Shown: one piece after another, positions 27,068 to 40,069 of the stretch
Layout: each line of letters opens with the position of its first letter
How positions within the stretch are numbered: position 1 is the stretch's first letter
Source of the DNA: Octopus vulgaris
Lineage: Eukaryota
DNA length: 64,000 nt
Assembly: GCA_951406725.2 (NCBI GenBank)
Contig: OX597815.1
Location: forward strand, 204,042,001 to 204,106,000
Direction of reading: 5' to 3'
Position numbers and translations under genes: made by a program
The notes under the pieces: model-generated
Told to the model about the DNA's origin: nothing
The model's input: the letters and a program-made list of their open reading frames with translations, nothing else
The model's database searches: none

Positions 27068-28160
27068 AATGTGTGTATATATGTATGTATATATGTTGTA
27101 TGTATGTATGTATGTATGTATGTATGTATGTATGTATATATTATGTCAGGTCACTTTCGAGTGTTACTGGTAACATGTAACCCAGTACAACCTGTTGCAT
27201 GGTCGGGTCGTCGGCGACTAAACCGGCAACTCCACCAAGCTCGCTTGATGAGGAGGGTGTTTATTGGACACACTGCGGGATGAAAATCAAAACCCGCCAA
27301 AGGGTGGAGGAACACATGAGGGTCAACGGCCATCCAATAAATGTCTTAAGGCTGTATCATGCGCGAAGACATAGAAATAATCGGACTGAATACCCGATCG
27401 CGCGGTTAAACCATTGGGAGTAAAGGACACCTAGCCTTTGTTAGGGCATCCTTCTAGGAGAAGGTAACTCAGGTAACTGGGATAACTCCGACATAAAAAA
27501 CCTGCGGCTCAGTGGTTACCGATGATATTGATATTCGGATTATAGCTGCTGTTGCTTAGTGAGTGGGATTGACTCAGTGCACAGCCTTTCCTCACTTTAA
27601 AACAAAATCTCCTTGCACAGGCATTGCACAATAACAACATTGATTAAGCTTCGTGCAATGACCATACTCGATAACGAGGGGGCAGCCACCATGTATGTAT
27701 ATATATATTAATATATATAAATATATATATGTATATATATATAGAGAGAGAGAGAGATAAAGAATTATATATGTACTTCTGTGTGTGTATGTCTGTGTGT
27801 GTGTTGTGTGTGTGTGTGTATGTGTCTGTGTCTGTGTCTGTGAATGCATGCGTATGTTTGTGTGTCTGTGTTTGTCCCCCTCAACATCGCTTGACAACGG
27901 ATGCTGGTGTGTTTACGTCCCTCTAAACTAAGCGGCTGGGCAAAAGAGACCGATAGAATAAGTACTAGGCTGCCAAAGAATAAGTCCTGGGGTCGATGTG
28001 CTCGACTAAAGGCGATGCTCCAGCATGGCCACAGTCAAATGACTGAAACAAGTAAAAGAGAAAAGAGTCGATTTATCCGACTAAACTCCTTTAAGGCGGG
28101 TGCTCCAGTATGGCTGCAGCCTCATGGTTGAAACAAGTAACAGAAAAGATAAAAATAAAA
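26830..28160 (+). mobile_element. Split/compound SINE family A (5' half 26830-26960, 3' half 27850-28060, extra tail to 28160)
   Basis: Halves match family A; separated by microsatellites and an unrelated ~550 bp insert. Confidence 0.65.
27143..27690 (+). mobile_element. GC-richer non-coding insert, possibly derived from an RTE-type 5' UTR
   Basis: Sharp composition change between microsatellites; GGGCATCCTTCTAGGAGAAGGTAACTC (27444-27470) resembles an RTE 5' UTR motif as I recall it. Confidence 0.45.
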
Positions 28161-28165
28161 GATAT

Positions 28166-28590
28166 ATGGCTAGTATACTTTACGTTGTCGAGCGGTTACT
28201 GTTTACATCTCGTTCAGAGATTCATTATTGCTTGCAGACAGTTTTTCGAAATCAGTGGCAGTGGTTACTGGGAAAAACATTAAATAGATATTTGCAAACA
28301 GGTCTCTCTTCATCGAAAACCGGTGATTACTGTACGTTGACAAGAGGCAAATACCTCGAAACTGCAGTCCGTGCATATCACTTAGGTTTACGAGAAAGGG
28401 ATGACCTCCCTTTGCAAATATCATAAGGGCACAGAAAGTGTACCTAAAGCCAGCTGGAGACGATGATCTCCTGGGGCTAAAAGCTACAGTAACACCCACC
28501 CTTAGTGGTTAGCCATATTGAGATGGCTAGTATACTTTACGTTGTCGAGCAGTTACTGTTTACATCTCATTCAGAGATATATTATTGCTT
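28166..28590 (+). mobile_element. Retrozyme/PLE-like non-coding element: 357-nt unit plus 68-nt terminal repeat, with TSD
   Basis: 28166-28233 repeated at 28523-28590; AAAAGATAT on both flanks; internal HHR. Confidence 0.8.
28331..28375 (+). ncRNA. Type I hammerhead ribozyme, U3:A8 core variant
   Basis: tgtacg TTGACAA gagg-caaata-cctc GAAA ctgcag TC cgtgca: all three stems form; 3-8 pair covaries; predicted cleavage after C28369. Confidence 0.75.
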
Positions 28591-29110
28591 AAAAGATATA
28601 TTATATTTGAAAAAAGGGCAGGGCTTCTTGCACTAATAAAATTTTAATCTGTTCATTAAAATATCTATTTAGATTAAGTTACTATACTTCTATATTGGAA
28701 TATAATTTCTGTGAAGATGACAGACATGCACAAAGAATCACGAAAATGTATTTCATTCGTAAAAGTGATTTGTTCGCTTGTTAACATTACAAGAAGACGT
28801 TTAGAAGAGAAATCAACACACAGTTTCGTTTTATTTGTGTGTTTTCTATGTATTCGTCTTTCGGTGTATATGATGTTGAATAATATATTTTCGATCATTT
28901 TTTCTCTTTCGGTAATACACTGTCAAGGAATGGAATTACAAGAAATGTGTTTTCGATTAATGTACCGTATCCCACATATGTTTGTGCGCGAGCATATGTT
29001 TGTGTGTATATATATAATATCTAATTGTGTGCTGTACTTATATCATATGTGTGTGTGTGTGTGTAATGTATATGTATATATGTATATGTGTGTGTATGTA
29101 TATGTTTGTA

Positions 29111-29176
<66 letters not shown>

Positions 29177-29563
29177 CCCCTATATACATATATATACAGC
29201 ATATACATATGTATGTGTGCATGTAGGGGGTGTTATACACAGGCGCAGAAATGTTTATGTAATGAATATGAGGAGATCTGATAACGTAATGAAAAGAAAT
29301 AGACACATTCACTGCAATATAACTTGTACGAACAAGAAACGGTTCAAGTTTGGACGTGGAATGTAAAGTGACATCTATTTATATGTAAACTAAACACTTT
29401 GAGTTGTGTCAGTGGGCGCTCTCGTGCCTGATATAATAAGCTAAGATGTTTCAAATAATTATAATTTCACCCTTAGTTATGAAAGCAATCATGTTTGTAA
29501 ATGACTTTCAAAGTGCATTTCCAGAAGGTTTGAGACATTTATTAATTTTAAAGAAGTACAAAT

Positions 29564-30520
29564 CTAGGATCCTCCAGGTTCAGTGCACTTGTTAAAGTAC
29601 TCCAGCCATTTCGCGAAGGCCTTATGGAAAACCTCCAAAACGGAGATGTCCAGAACTCTTGTCAAACACTCCTTCAGCTTCATGACTTCAAAACGACTGC
29701 TTCTGAAGTTCTCCTTCATCGTAGGGAACAACCAAAAGTCACAGGTACCAAGACCAGAACTATAGGATGGGTGAAGGACCGCTTTGGTGCGCAAATCTTT
29801 CAAGTAGATTGTTATCAGGATGAAACTGTGGACTGTTACATTGTCCTGGTGCAGATACCACCGACACGTTTGAAACGCAATCTCTTCCTGAACTCCTTCA
29901 AAAACCATATAAAGTACTCTTACTTGACCGTCAGACCGGAGAGAAGTCAATGGGGACAGATGATGCCCTTGCTGTCGAAAAAGGAGACTTGCTTTACCAG
30001 ACATATTTGGATCTGGGGGAGCCAGGATGCTTCCATGGATCATAGCAGTAGATTCAGCTTTCGTCACCAGAGATTGAAGTACTCTTTGGTCGGATGTAAT
30101 ATGCTCAACCATCCTCTACTGTTACTAATGCGTTTTCCCTTCTATTTGTCTTTAAGCACCCTGTAGATAAAATCTTCACAAATACTGCGCATGTTCAGAT
30201 CTTCATGAATAATTCTATGACAGTTTTCACACTAACACCAAACTCTATGTTTATTGCCTTTTTAGACGCACTGTGCTTTTCATCCAGAAAATTGCGAATT
30301 TTTTCGACCAGTTCTGATGTTCTGACGTCTCTCTCCCTCCCACTTTTCTCATCGTTTCTCACCTTCTTTCTGCCGCCGTCTTTGAACATCTTATGCTAGC
30401 GAAAAACAGGTGCTCGGCTCATACAAGTTAATCTGAAAGCAGTCAGAAACATTTTATAAGATTCTGCAGCATTTTTGCCCAGTTCAACACAAATCTTTGT
30501 TGCAAAGTGCTCTTCCAAAT
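29564..30520 (-). pseudogene. Decayed mariner transposase
   Basis: LHQDN...HPSYSSGLGTCDFWLFP (HHDNA / YSPDLAPxD motifs) in ORF 29564-30112; N-terminal HTH pieces (FKDGG...DEKSGR) in 30195-30520; stops and frameshifts. Confidence 0.9.
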
Positions 30521-30691
30521 TGTTTTTACAACCCGACTGTATACTAACTGAATACTATATAAACTAGTACGTTATGGCAAGCAGTGTTTAGTAAGATGTT
30601 TTTAAAAGGCTATTACAGGTGTCTCCTTCAATCTGCAATAAAAGGAAATTGCGAAGTCAGCTTATTCGATGTATATATATATATATATATT

Positions 30692-30903
30692 CCGGTCTTT
30701 CAAAATGTGACCTCGTGTGTACCGCTGGCGATTTTTTTTCCTCTGACTTCCCTTCTCGGGATCTTTCCTTCTCCTATGTTTCCGACGAAGAGCTCCGCTC
30801 GAAACGTTAAACCCTCCTTCTTCCCTTCTTTCTGAGCGTCCAATAATACTAAATTTGTTCCACGTCCTCGCGTTGTTGTGTTTTTTTGTGTTTTCTTGTT
30901 TGG

Positions 30904-30906
<3 letters not shown>
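30692..30906 (+). mobile_element. PLE-like HHR-bearing repeat in (TA)n
   Basis: Same family as 6440-6660; HHR-like motif at 30778-30812. Confidence 0.7.
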
Positions 30907-30939
<33 letters not shown>

Positions 30940-33356
30940 ACTAAAATTAAAATGATCCAGAATATATATAACTGCACCTCCTAAAAATGTTTCGAAACTT
31001 AACTTCTAGAATGCGCTTCGCATTCTGATCGAGAATATTGTTGGGAGACAACTCTAACATGTTTTTGAATCAATATTACTTAAATATGGAATGTTGTAGG
31101 AAGTGTACGTAATTTCCAGCAGCATGGTGGCACTTCCAAACTTGATTCAGTTTGTATTAGGCCTCATCTAGTAAGCAAAGCATAGTTTAATTGCTACTCC
31201 TAAGTTCTTCTTGGAAGATAGGGTGGCCTTGAATGAAAGGAAACATCAATAATATAACCTGATATTCGAAAACTCACCAAAGACTATTATAACACGAAAT
31301 GCTAACTTACCACACTTAAAACACCTTTTTTTCTTATTCATTCATATTATTAACTTGTACAAAAAAATAATAATATTAACTTATACCTCTAGAATCATCG
31401 TTATTTGGTTCGAGAAATTCTGTGTCTGAGAAAACGTATAGTGAAAACATTTAGGGCATAATGCTTCCAGGACTACATTATCCCAAATATCATTCATTTT
31501 TTAAAGATGTTTGGGTGTGAATTGAATCTGAGTTGACTGTTATTTATAATAGATTAAATGATTAAATAGATTAAATAGATTAAATGACTGTGTAGGGGGA
31601 GCTTCTCATTGGCTTGTCACCAGCGTGGTCCTTAGTGCTTTTGTTCTCTATGTTGTAAGCAATTATTTGGAAGAGTGTAAAAACTCTGATTGAGCAGCCC
31701 ATAATCAAAAGCCTTCCAGCCATAACAATCACACTTTTTTCTTTAGGAATTAATGCAATCTCGTCTACAATACCTAATGCCATTTAAAAAAATTTTAAGA
31801 CTAGCTTTTACGATTTCGAAAGGGTTTAGATTTTGTTTAAGTCAGGTCAAGTGACCAAGCAGAAAGCCTTTTACTGTTTAGGGATGTTATTGCTTTGATA
31901 CCAAATCAACCTTGATTTAGCGAACCGAGGTCAAAATATTCAAGCTACAATCACCATTTATTTTTGTTCATATGTAATGCTCTCAAGAAGATATGAACCA
32001 ATCGTTTGCTGCAAATTGCATGGTGTGGTCTAAGGAAGATATAATTGCTATTTATAGCAGATCAAGCAATAATGTAGAGATTCTCACACTGGTTCGAAAT
32101 GCAGTGTGATGCACTGTGTTATGTAAAAATTGCAATTTTGTAACATTATCGTGAGTGCAGCATTATGATTTGTGCAGTTCAAATATTTATTATTCCAGTA
32201 GATGTAACCCCATTAATCAAGGCAGAAACTTATACTTCATTGTGGATAGTTTGATTCATACAATATAATTTTAAGTAATTTTATATTATGTGCTGGCAGA
32301 AACGTTGCCAGAATGGATTCTCAGCGAATGTATAATGCGTTGTAAACCGGCAATGAGCTTATATATTTATTCCGAAAAAATATAACCCCCCCCTCATTTA
32401 TGTCTCAGATGGAAGCAATGTTATATGAGGTAGAACAAAAATAAGGTACATCATATCTTACATCTGTAAGGATTCATTGAATCTTTAATCCGTTCGTATG
32501 TGTTATGATTTGAAGTCAGCACTGCATGCTAATCCAAAGCAAATATATTACTAGAATCTTTTAAGAGATTACTTGGTCTCCATCATAAGCTTCGTCTTCA
32601 TGATCGAACTCACAGTTGGATATCCAAAAGGCATTACTAGACAAATTTATCAACACAAGTCTCTATTTTCTCACAGCAAACGTCACCAATGTTTTGGAAA
32701 TAAGCTTCAATCTCGCCTTATACTATAGCACTACATTTTCTAATATACATATAACCTCAAAACTGTAACATCACTAAACATAATTAAAATAAAGCTGAGC
32801 TATAGTACTGCCTACAAGTGCTCACTTACTATGTCTAATGATCTCTACAGAAAGCTAACATTATTATTAAACAAAGTTTCCTTTTCAGGAACAGAAATTT
32901 GTCTTAACTTTCTCTTGATTTATTACAATATGTACGTTCCCACTAGGGTAGTTATCGCATCCTTCCTACAGTATTTTTATCACACATACACACACATATA
33001 CAGAAATATATATAGATATGCACACATATATACGCATACGCACATACACACATTTACTGCAACGCACATATTGTACCATAGCAAAAGATAGCGATCAGCC
33101 AGTAACGTAGGACCTTTTGTGAGCATAGGAAGGACTATCGAGACGATCGCACAAACTGCACATATTAGCAAACAATTCGTTCCGAAAAACATATTTTTCT
33201 TTTCTATCAAATGAAGGAAGCAATGCGGTAAAAAGTGAACATTGAAGTTTCACTCGCCTTGCTGAAAAAGCACCGAAGCCAACTTTCATTTATATCAAAG
33301 CTAAATAAAAAGAGCAGCATATCTGAATAAAAAGAAATAGAAAAGAATTAAGCATA

Positions 33357-33521
33357 GGCGCAGGAGTGGCTGTGTGGTAAGTAGCTTGCTTACCAACCAC
33401 ATGGTTCCGAGTTCAGTCCCACTGCGTGGCATCTTGGACAAGTGTCTTCTGCTATAGCCCCGGGCCGACCAATGCCTTGTGAGTAGATTTGGTAGACGGA
33501 AACTGAAAGAAGCCCGTCGTA

Positions 33522-33565
<44 letters not shown>

Positions 33566-33785
33566 CGTGTATGTTTGTGTGTCTGTGTTTGTCCCCCCTA
33601 GCATTACTTGACAACCGATGCTGGTGTGTTTATGTCCCCGTCACTTAGCGGTTCGGCAAAAGAGACCGATAGAATAAGTACTGGGCTTACAAAGAATAAG
33701 TCCTGGGGTCGAGTTGCTCGATTAAAAGGCGGTGCTCCAGCATGGCCGCAGTCAAATGACTGAAACAAGTAAAAGAGTAAAGAGT
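33357..33785 (+). mobile_element. SINE family A, full length
   Basis: Matches 1170-1597. Confidence 0.88.
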
Positions 33786-35600
33786 ATAGTAGTTCTGCTC
33801 GTAGTTCAAAATAAAGGTTGATGAAAATAAAGGTTGATCATGATTTTAAAACATTTAATTCTATATTTATTCAAGTTATACTAAATTGGAGTAACAGGTC
33901 AATCCTTAGCGCCTTTCTACGTTTCTCTAAATCCGATTTTTGCAACGTGACTTCTATTTTGTAGATCATGAAATATTTACTTTTTCCCTCCTTCTGAAAG
34001 TCACTTAGAAAAATCTCCAACTTTCAAGCATACATATTACATAATTATCTCCATCTCGTAGACGGTGTATCTGTGTGTGTTTATGACATCAATCATAATC
34101 TTAATATGACATCAGTCATAATCCGATTACACATTGCAATAATTGGAATAATTCATACTTCGAATAAAAGTATGGTTTCTGACACAGGCACAAAGCTTTC
34201 AGATTAAGAATGTACGCGACTACATTGACCTAGAATTTGACCACCAGTTAACTGAGGGAAAATTCCTCAATAGGTTTCAAGTTTTAATAATATATTATAT
34301 TGTATCGTCACTAGATTTATGTAAAATAATATTCCTCGTGAGATTAATTCTGTTAGTGTTAATCAAATTTCTTTGTAGTGTCAACGTATTCGAGCGAGTC
34401 AGTTTTGGGATTTAATTTGTATACAATGTGATGTTTTCTTTTATTTACTCTAACGTAGAATTTTCAATCATATTCTTACGGTTGAGGAAACGATCATAAA
34501 TCAAAGCGTTATATTTTAGATAGATGTATGACCCTTTTTAATTCGATTCCAGCCTTTCTATTTGCCGAGTTGTCGGGTACAGATGGAAATTAGTCTCAGT
34601 GTTCAAATACAAGCATGCGATCCTTCAGCTGAGAACCCATCTTAGATTTAACCCTGTGCCAAATTTGGCAACACCACATGGCCCTTCAGTGACTTTGAAA
34701 GTGTCCATGGTGTTGCAATAATTTGAATAAGGTTTCCGGTTTAACGATAAGCCGTAAGTTGTGGCTTGCAGCAAAGTCAAGGGTACAGCACTTCCTCATC
34801 TGACTTAGTCATAAAACTTACTATCGGTGGTCAAAACGTTTATTGTTTGTCACAGCAAGCGTTCAACATCATTGAGCTCGCTACATGAACCTAGAGAGGG
34901 CTCTACAATAGACGCACTAAACGCCCCCCATTAAAAACCCAACTACTTAATATAATCCAACGGAAATAAATTTCAACATTTTTTCAGATGTATTTAGCTA
35001 CCATTAATCAATAAAACTTGCAGTTAGCCGTTCTTCCTATCACTTCTTAAAAGCTAACCCTTCCACTCTAGTTCATTGTCGCACAATACAGACAATCTAT
35101 TCACATATTTCAATAAAAATCATTTAAATCCATTTGTAAACTGTTTCAGTATAAAAAGGCTATCGGCGAATAAGTTCTTTTGTTTATTTTTATATTCCTT
35201 CCTCTAATTGGCACGGGTAGGCTGCTCCCTGTTAAAGAACAGAACTACAAAAGACACGAGTTTTACAGTGACTGTACCAAAGCTAAGAAGCTGTATTCAA
35301 AGTTTGCAGCGTCCATCTCGAAGCGGAAGAGTGATAAAGCCTGGTGAAAGTTTTTGCTATGACTCACACATATAATACTCTAAATATAATTCACGAGCCG
35401 ACGAGGGAGCCAATAGGTGGTCACACAACATGCTAAAATTAGCAATGATCTTTCCTGCCAATCACATCCTGCTGCCTTTCAAAACAAAAAGGAGTGAGTT
35501 GTTCTGTTGATAAAATACACATACGGTCACGGCAGGAGTGTCTTTGATCAGAGAAGTGCTCATCCACCATCTCCCTCTATTAAACATTAATTAAATATAT

Positions 35601-35822
35601 ATTTCTTTATTGCCCACAAGGGGCTAAACATAGAGGGGACAAACAAGGACAAAGGGATTAAGTCGATTACATCGACCCCAGTGGGTAACTGCTACTTCAT
35701 TTATCGACCCCGAAAGGATGAAAGGCAAAGTCGACCTCGGCGGAATTTGAACTCAGAACGTAACGACAGACGAAATACCGCTAAGCATTTCGCCCGGCGC
35801 ACTAACGTGTCTGCCAGCTCGC
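35601..35822 (-). mobile_element. SINE family B
   Basis: Reverse complement of family B. Confidence 0.85.
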
Positions 35823-36108
35823 AGCTTGATGGTATCCCTATCAATTGTTTTTTCGACGCTGAAAATATTTTTAAAAGGTAGACAAAATTAACTTAATTAA
35901 AATGTAAATTAAGACAGTGAATAAACGGGCCAATTAAAATTTTAGAGAATTATAGAATTCTATAAAATAGAATAAAAATCATTACTATAGGAATTTAGCT
36001 CCAAGTTTAACTTTTGGTCAAGTCTGCATTTTAGTCTCAGTTTATCAACTATCACCACTTCATTGTCTTTTATTTGCAGAGTTGTAACTTGAACTATTAT
36101 ATTTAATA

Positions 36109-36267
36109 CAGTGGTTCCCAACTTTTGTTATGTCTCGCACCCCTTAAAGTAATAAATTATACAAGAATAAATGTGCCCGGGGCAATTGCTCTCTTTGACT
36201 CCCTATAAATCCAGCCCTCCTCGCACCCCCTGGAATGCTATCTCGAACCCCTAGTTGGGAAACCCTG
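36109..36267. mobile_element. hAT (Charlie-type) MITE
   Basis: TIRs CAGTGGTTCCCAAC / GTTGGGAAACCCTG; 8-bp TSD ATTTAATA / ATCTAATA. Confidence 0.8.
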
Positions 36268-37679
36268 ATCTAATATATCCATTTTTTTTTCTTTTTAGAC
36301 TAACTTAAACGAAATTTACCCGTTATTTTAGCGGGTCTAGTAACAACATAAAAGATTCGACGGAAACTGATTCAGAGTTTTAGTTGCCAAATAGGTAGTG
36401 TCATTATAAGTCACAATACTCTTTTTATTACATAGGAAATCGGATCTTTTCTGTTTAGCTACTCTTTTTGTATATTTAAAATTAGGTGAAATTTTTCAAA
36501 TTTGGTGTATTGATGTAATTTTTCAGGCTGAATAGCAGGACCTAATTCCCTTGGTCCAGACATTTACATAAAAAAATTATAGAGGATTTATGTTTGATCA
36601 TTTTTACCCAGTCAGAAAACAGGATTTGGAGGCTGTAATTTTATGCGGGACTGCAATCGTAAGACGACAAAACAATTGTGTCAACATTGTACGATGGCAC
36701 ATGTTTTAAGCATTTAATGATCAAACAAGTAAACAGCATGTATTTCGTAGATGTAAGAGCAGAAAAAGATGGGTATAAGCAGGAAAGCACTGCGTTTCTA
36801 AACACGTGGTATTTTGTAAATGCTTTTCTAACGCTTGGCTTGTTACTATGGAAACAGGTACCTGTCTATCTGAAATGTCGATTAGCTAAAATTACCCAAA
36901 ATTTGAAAACTGTAAAAGCTATTAACTGTTTATTTATTGACGTATGGCGAAAATAAAGTCCATGTCAATAATGAGCATAAAAAACTACAAATTTGAAATC
37001 AATTTCAACAAAATTGAGGAAATTGAAAAGTGGCAAAGAAGCGGACAGAAGAGATCCAAGAAATCTTAGCCGTCATTTCTAGTGAATGCAGATTGGGATT
37101 TTAGGGACATTGGTTGATATGACTACCATGTAGATCAACCCACGAGAGTTGTTTATGTGGACAGCGCTCCAGTATATCCAAATTTGAATCACTCTTACTA
37201 CATGATAGACCAATATTAATATCGTAAGCTTACGCACTATAAATCCTCATATTTTAGACACCTTTTAGTGAACATGGATTAATTAGGGTTTCAGATAAAG
37301 TATTCGGTAAGTAAGCCAGCAACGAACCCTTTATAGTTTAGAGAGTCTGAAAGATCGCTCAATTAACAAAAACTACAAACAAAACATACCTCAAATAACA
37401 ACATTAATTTTTCAGAAGGAATGTAACAGCGGAAAATGTAATATGATATTTTAGTTTTAAAAATTGGAAACCATGCCTTGAATATATTTAAACAGTCCAT
37501 TATGATGAATGAGTTTGAAGGTAATAACAAATCAGTAGTTAAAATCTACCTCAAATGAATAACCTAATCTCTTAGAATTGCAGGAAGCATGTAAACGGAG
37601 CATATTTGTTAGGTTTAAGTTGGCCTACTGCTAAACCAAAAATAACAAGCTACAATTGTCGTTGTCTCTGAATTCCTTA

Positions 37680-37723
37680 TACATACATACATACATACAT
37701 ACATACATACATACATACATACA

Positions 37724-37757
<34 letters not shown>

Positions 37758-37798
37758 CATGCATACATATATGCATGCATACATACGTACACACACAT

Positions 37799-37845
<47 letters not shown>
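37680..37845. repeat. (TACA)n/(CA)n/(TA)n microsatellite
   Basis: Directly visible. Confidence 0.95.
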
Positions 37846-38005
37846 GTTCAAATGTAAAGAAACCAAAAGATGAAGACAGGTGTATTAGTTTATATATATT
37901 AGTTTATAATCGAACGTTGAAAATAGCAATAACAAAACAACAAGAGGACGTGCACGTGGAATGTATTACTTTGACACTCGGCAAAGGTGGGGAAAAGAGA
38001 GAATA

Positions 38006-38039
38006 TTTGACGTTTCGAGCATAGCACTTATTCAGAAAA
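38006..38039 (-). ncRNA. Degenerate minimal hammerhead remnant
   Basis: Minus: ttt CTGAATAA gtgc-tat-gctc GAAA cg TC aaa; relative of the 6528 motif with core damage. Confidence 0.4.
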
Positions 38040-38109
38040 GAAAACACTGAAGTCACGAGAAGGGAAAATATCACCAGCTGTCCCTACGTGGATCAGGAAA
38101 TGAGATGAC

Positions 38110-38319
38110 AAAGGAATAACTGATTCATTGATTTCATTAGCTTACAGCTGTTTCTATCATTATGTGCAGCGGACTCATAGTTGACTGCCTAAGTAACACC
38201 CTATAGCTTCATCGGGCCCTCTACACGAAATGCCAGGAACTCAACTATGAATCCACTGCGACTTCCAGTATAAACAGCTCTACGCTAATGAATTCCATAA
38301 GATAATCGTTTATTCCTTT
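38110..38319. repeat. Old imperfect inverted repeat with HHR remnant
   Basis: AAAGGAATAA/TTATTCCTTT, CATTAGC/GCTAATG, GCAGCGGACTCATAGTTGA/TCAACTATGAATCCACTGC pair; minus strand has GAAA CAGCTG TA. Confidence 0.65.
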
Positions 38320-38404
38320 ATCTTCACATGTTCGTATCACCGTTCTGTGCTTGTCTTTCTCTTCGTTGTTTAGCATATGTATATCGAATCCTTTACCTCT
38401 ATAC

Positions 38405-38635
38405 CTATTTGTTTATTACCCACAAGGGGCTAAACACAGAGGGGACAAACAAGGACAGACATAGGTATTAAGTCGATTAGATCGCCCCCAGTGCGTAACT
38501 GGTACTTAATTTATCGATCCCGAAAGGATGAGAGGCAAAGTGAACCTCGGCGGAATTTGAACTCACAACGTAACGGCAGACGAAATACTGCTAAGCATTT
38601 CGCCCGGCGTGCTAACGTTTCTGCCAGCTCGCCAC
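38405..38635 (-). mobile_element. SINE family B
   Basis: Reverse complement of family B. Confidence 0.85.
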
Positions 38636-38712
38636 CTCTATACCAGTTTATTAATATCGCAATGCCTAAGAGAAATATTAAAACGCAAAATCTTCTATCC
38701 GGAAGAGTTTTA

Positions 38713-38763
<51 letters not shown>

Positions 38764-38798
38764 TACTTTATTTTAAGCAGCAGAAAATTCAACAAAAT

Positions 38799-38836
38799 CT
38801 GTTACTCTGAGTTTCTCGTTGCCGTTCATCAGACAG
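38799..38836 (-). ncRNA. Type I hammerhead ribozyme motif
   Basis: Minus: ctgt CTGATGA acg-gcaa-cga GAAA ctc-a-gag TA acag; canonical core; within a ~125 bp island between two (TA)n tracts. Confidence 0.75.
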
Positions 38837-38880
38837 TTTTTGCTAGAATCCACATTGTTTCACATTTATGTGTTTACTCC

Positions 38881-38936
<56 letters not shown>

Positions 38937-38939
<3 letters not shown>

Positions 38940-39380
38940 CTTCATGAACAAAATAAACAAAAACAAATTACATGAATGTGTATAAACAGGAGATACAAAT
39001 AGTACAGGCACTCACCCCCCCACACACACACACACACTTACTAAACATAGACACACATAGGGGTATACGCATACGCAAATAAAGACACATACAATAGGAA
39101 TACAAAATGTAGAATGGCTGACCATTAGTAAGGAGAGACACACAAATAAGAAAGAAGAAAGCAAAGGACCACTGATGAGGTCACAGAAGTGTGACGAAAG
39201 AACTCTGGCCGAAATAAGATTAAGATGTAAAATATAAATAAAGCAGAAGCAAATTAACACCAAATATATAGTGCGTGTGTCTTTATTGACTAAACTGGAA
39301 ACATGACCATTCCTAAACAACATCTGTTTCAACACACGATTTCACATCAAGAATCTTGCAAAACGAATATATAAACGTAA
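38937..39380 (+). mobile_element. PLE-like HHR-bearing repeat between (TA)n tracts
   Basis: Same family as 60801-61070; 3' fragments also at ~13235-13282 and ~26496-26545. Confidence 0.65.
39166..39210 (+). ncRNA. Type I hammerhead ribozyme motif
   Basis: ggacca CTGATGA g gtcaca-gaag-tgtgac GAAA gaac TC tggcc; identical at 60861-60905. Confidence 0.75.
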
Positions 39381-40069
39381 TGTATATATATATAAACATA
39401 TATATATAAAACCGTATATATATATATATATATATAGCCTTATGAGACATACACTTTCAAGTTAAGTATTTAAATTTATATTTAAGTGTAATTTTTCCGC
39501 GTTTTGCGTGCAATTTCGACATTGCATCAATATCTTTTTATACAATTCCCAAATATGTTTTTTTCTTTCTCGTAGATTTCTTTTATGAAATATCACATAT
39601 AATATCCACAGGATGTTGATTACAATATATTTGTATTTCTGAATTTAAACCAGGAATAGCCAGATATTTCTAGAAACGACTTATAGGAATGAGCAAAGAA
39701 GAAAATTAAAATCCATGTGTGAGCTCTTGTGTACCTTTATATGTATATTATATATGCATATGTATGTAAATGTGTGTGTTTGTGTGTGTGTGTGTGTGTG
39801 TAAAGGAAGAAAGTGTGAGATAGATGTGAGAGTGCTAGTTTTGTTTGGCTGAAGGGGTTTTTCATTTTTTAATTATTTATAGAAATTTCATTTCTAATTA
39901 TTTAGTTGAAATTTAGAAAAATGCGAAAACGTAAATTTAAAATTGAAACCTGATGGATTGAAATTTTAGTTTTAATATCGTTGCATATCTATTTGCAAAA
40001 GTTTTCTTCCCAAAGTAATGCTCTCCCTCTTTCTCTTTCCTTCTCTCTCTTTATCACTTTATATATATA

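Noticed and set aside
28711-29226. 171-aa ORF
   Set aside because: Low-complexity, runs into microsatellite, no motif.
29624-30166. 180-aa plus-strand ORF
   Set aside because: Antisense shadow of the mariner pseudogene.
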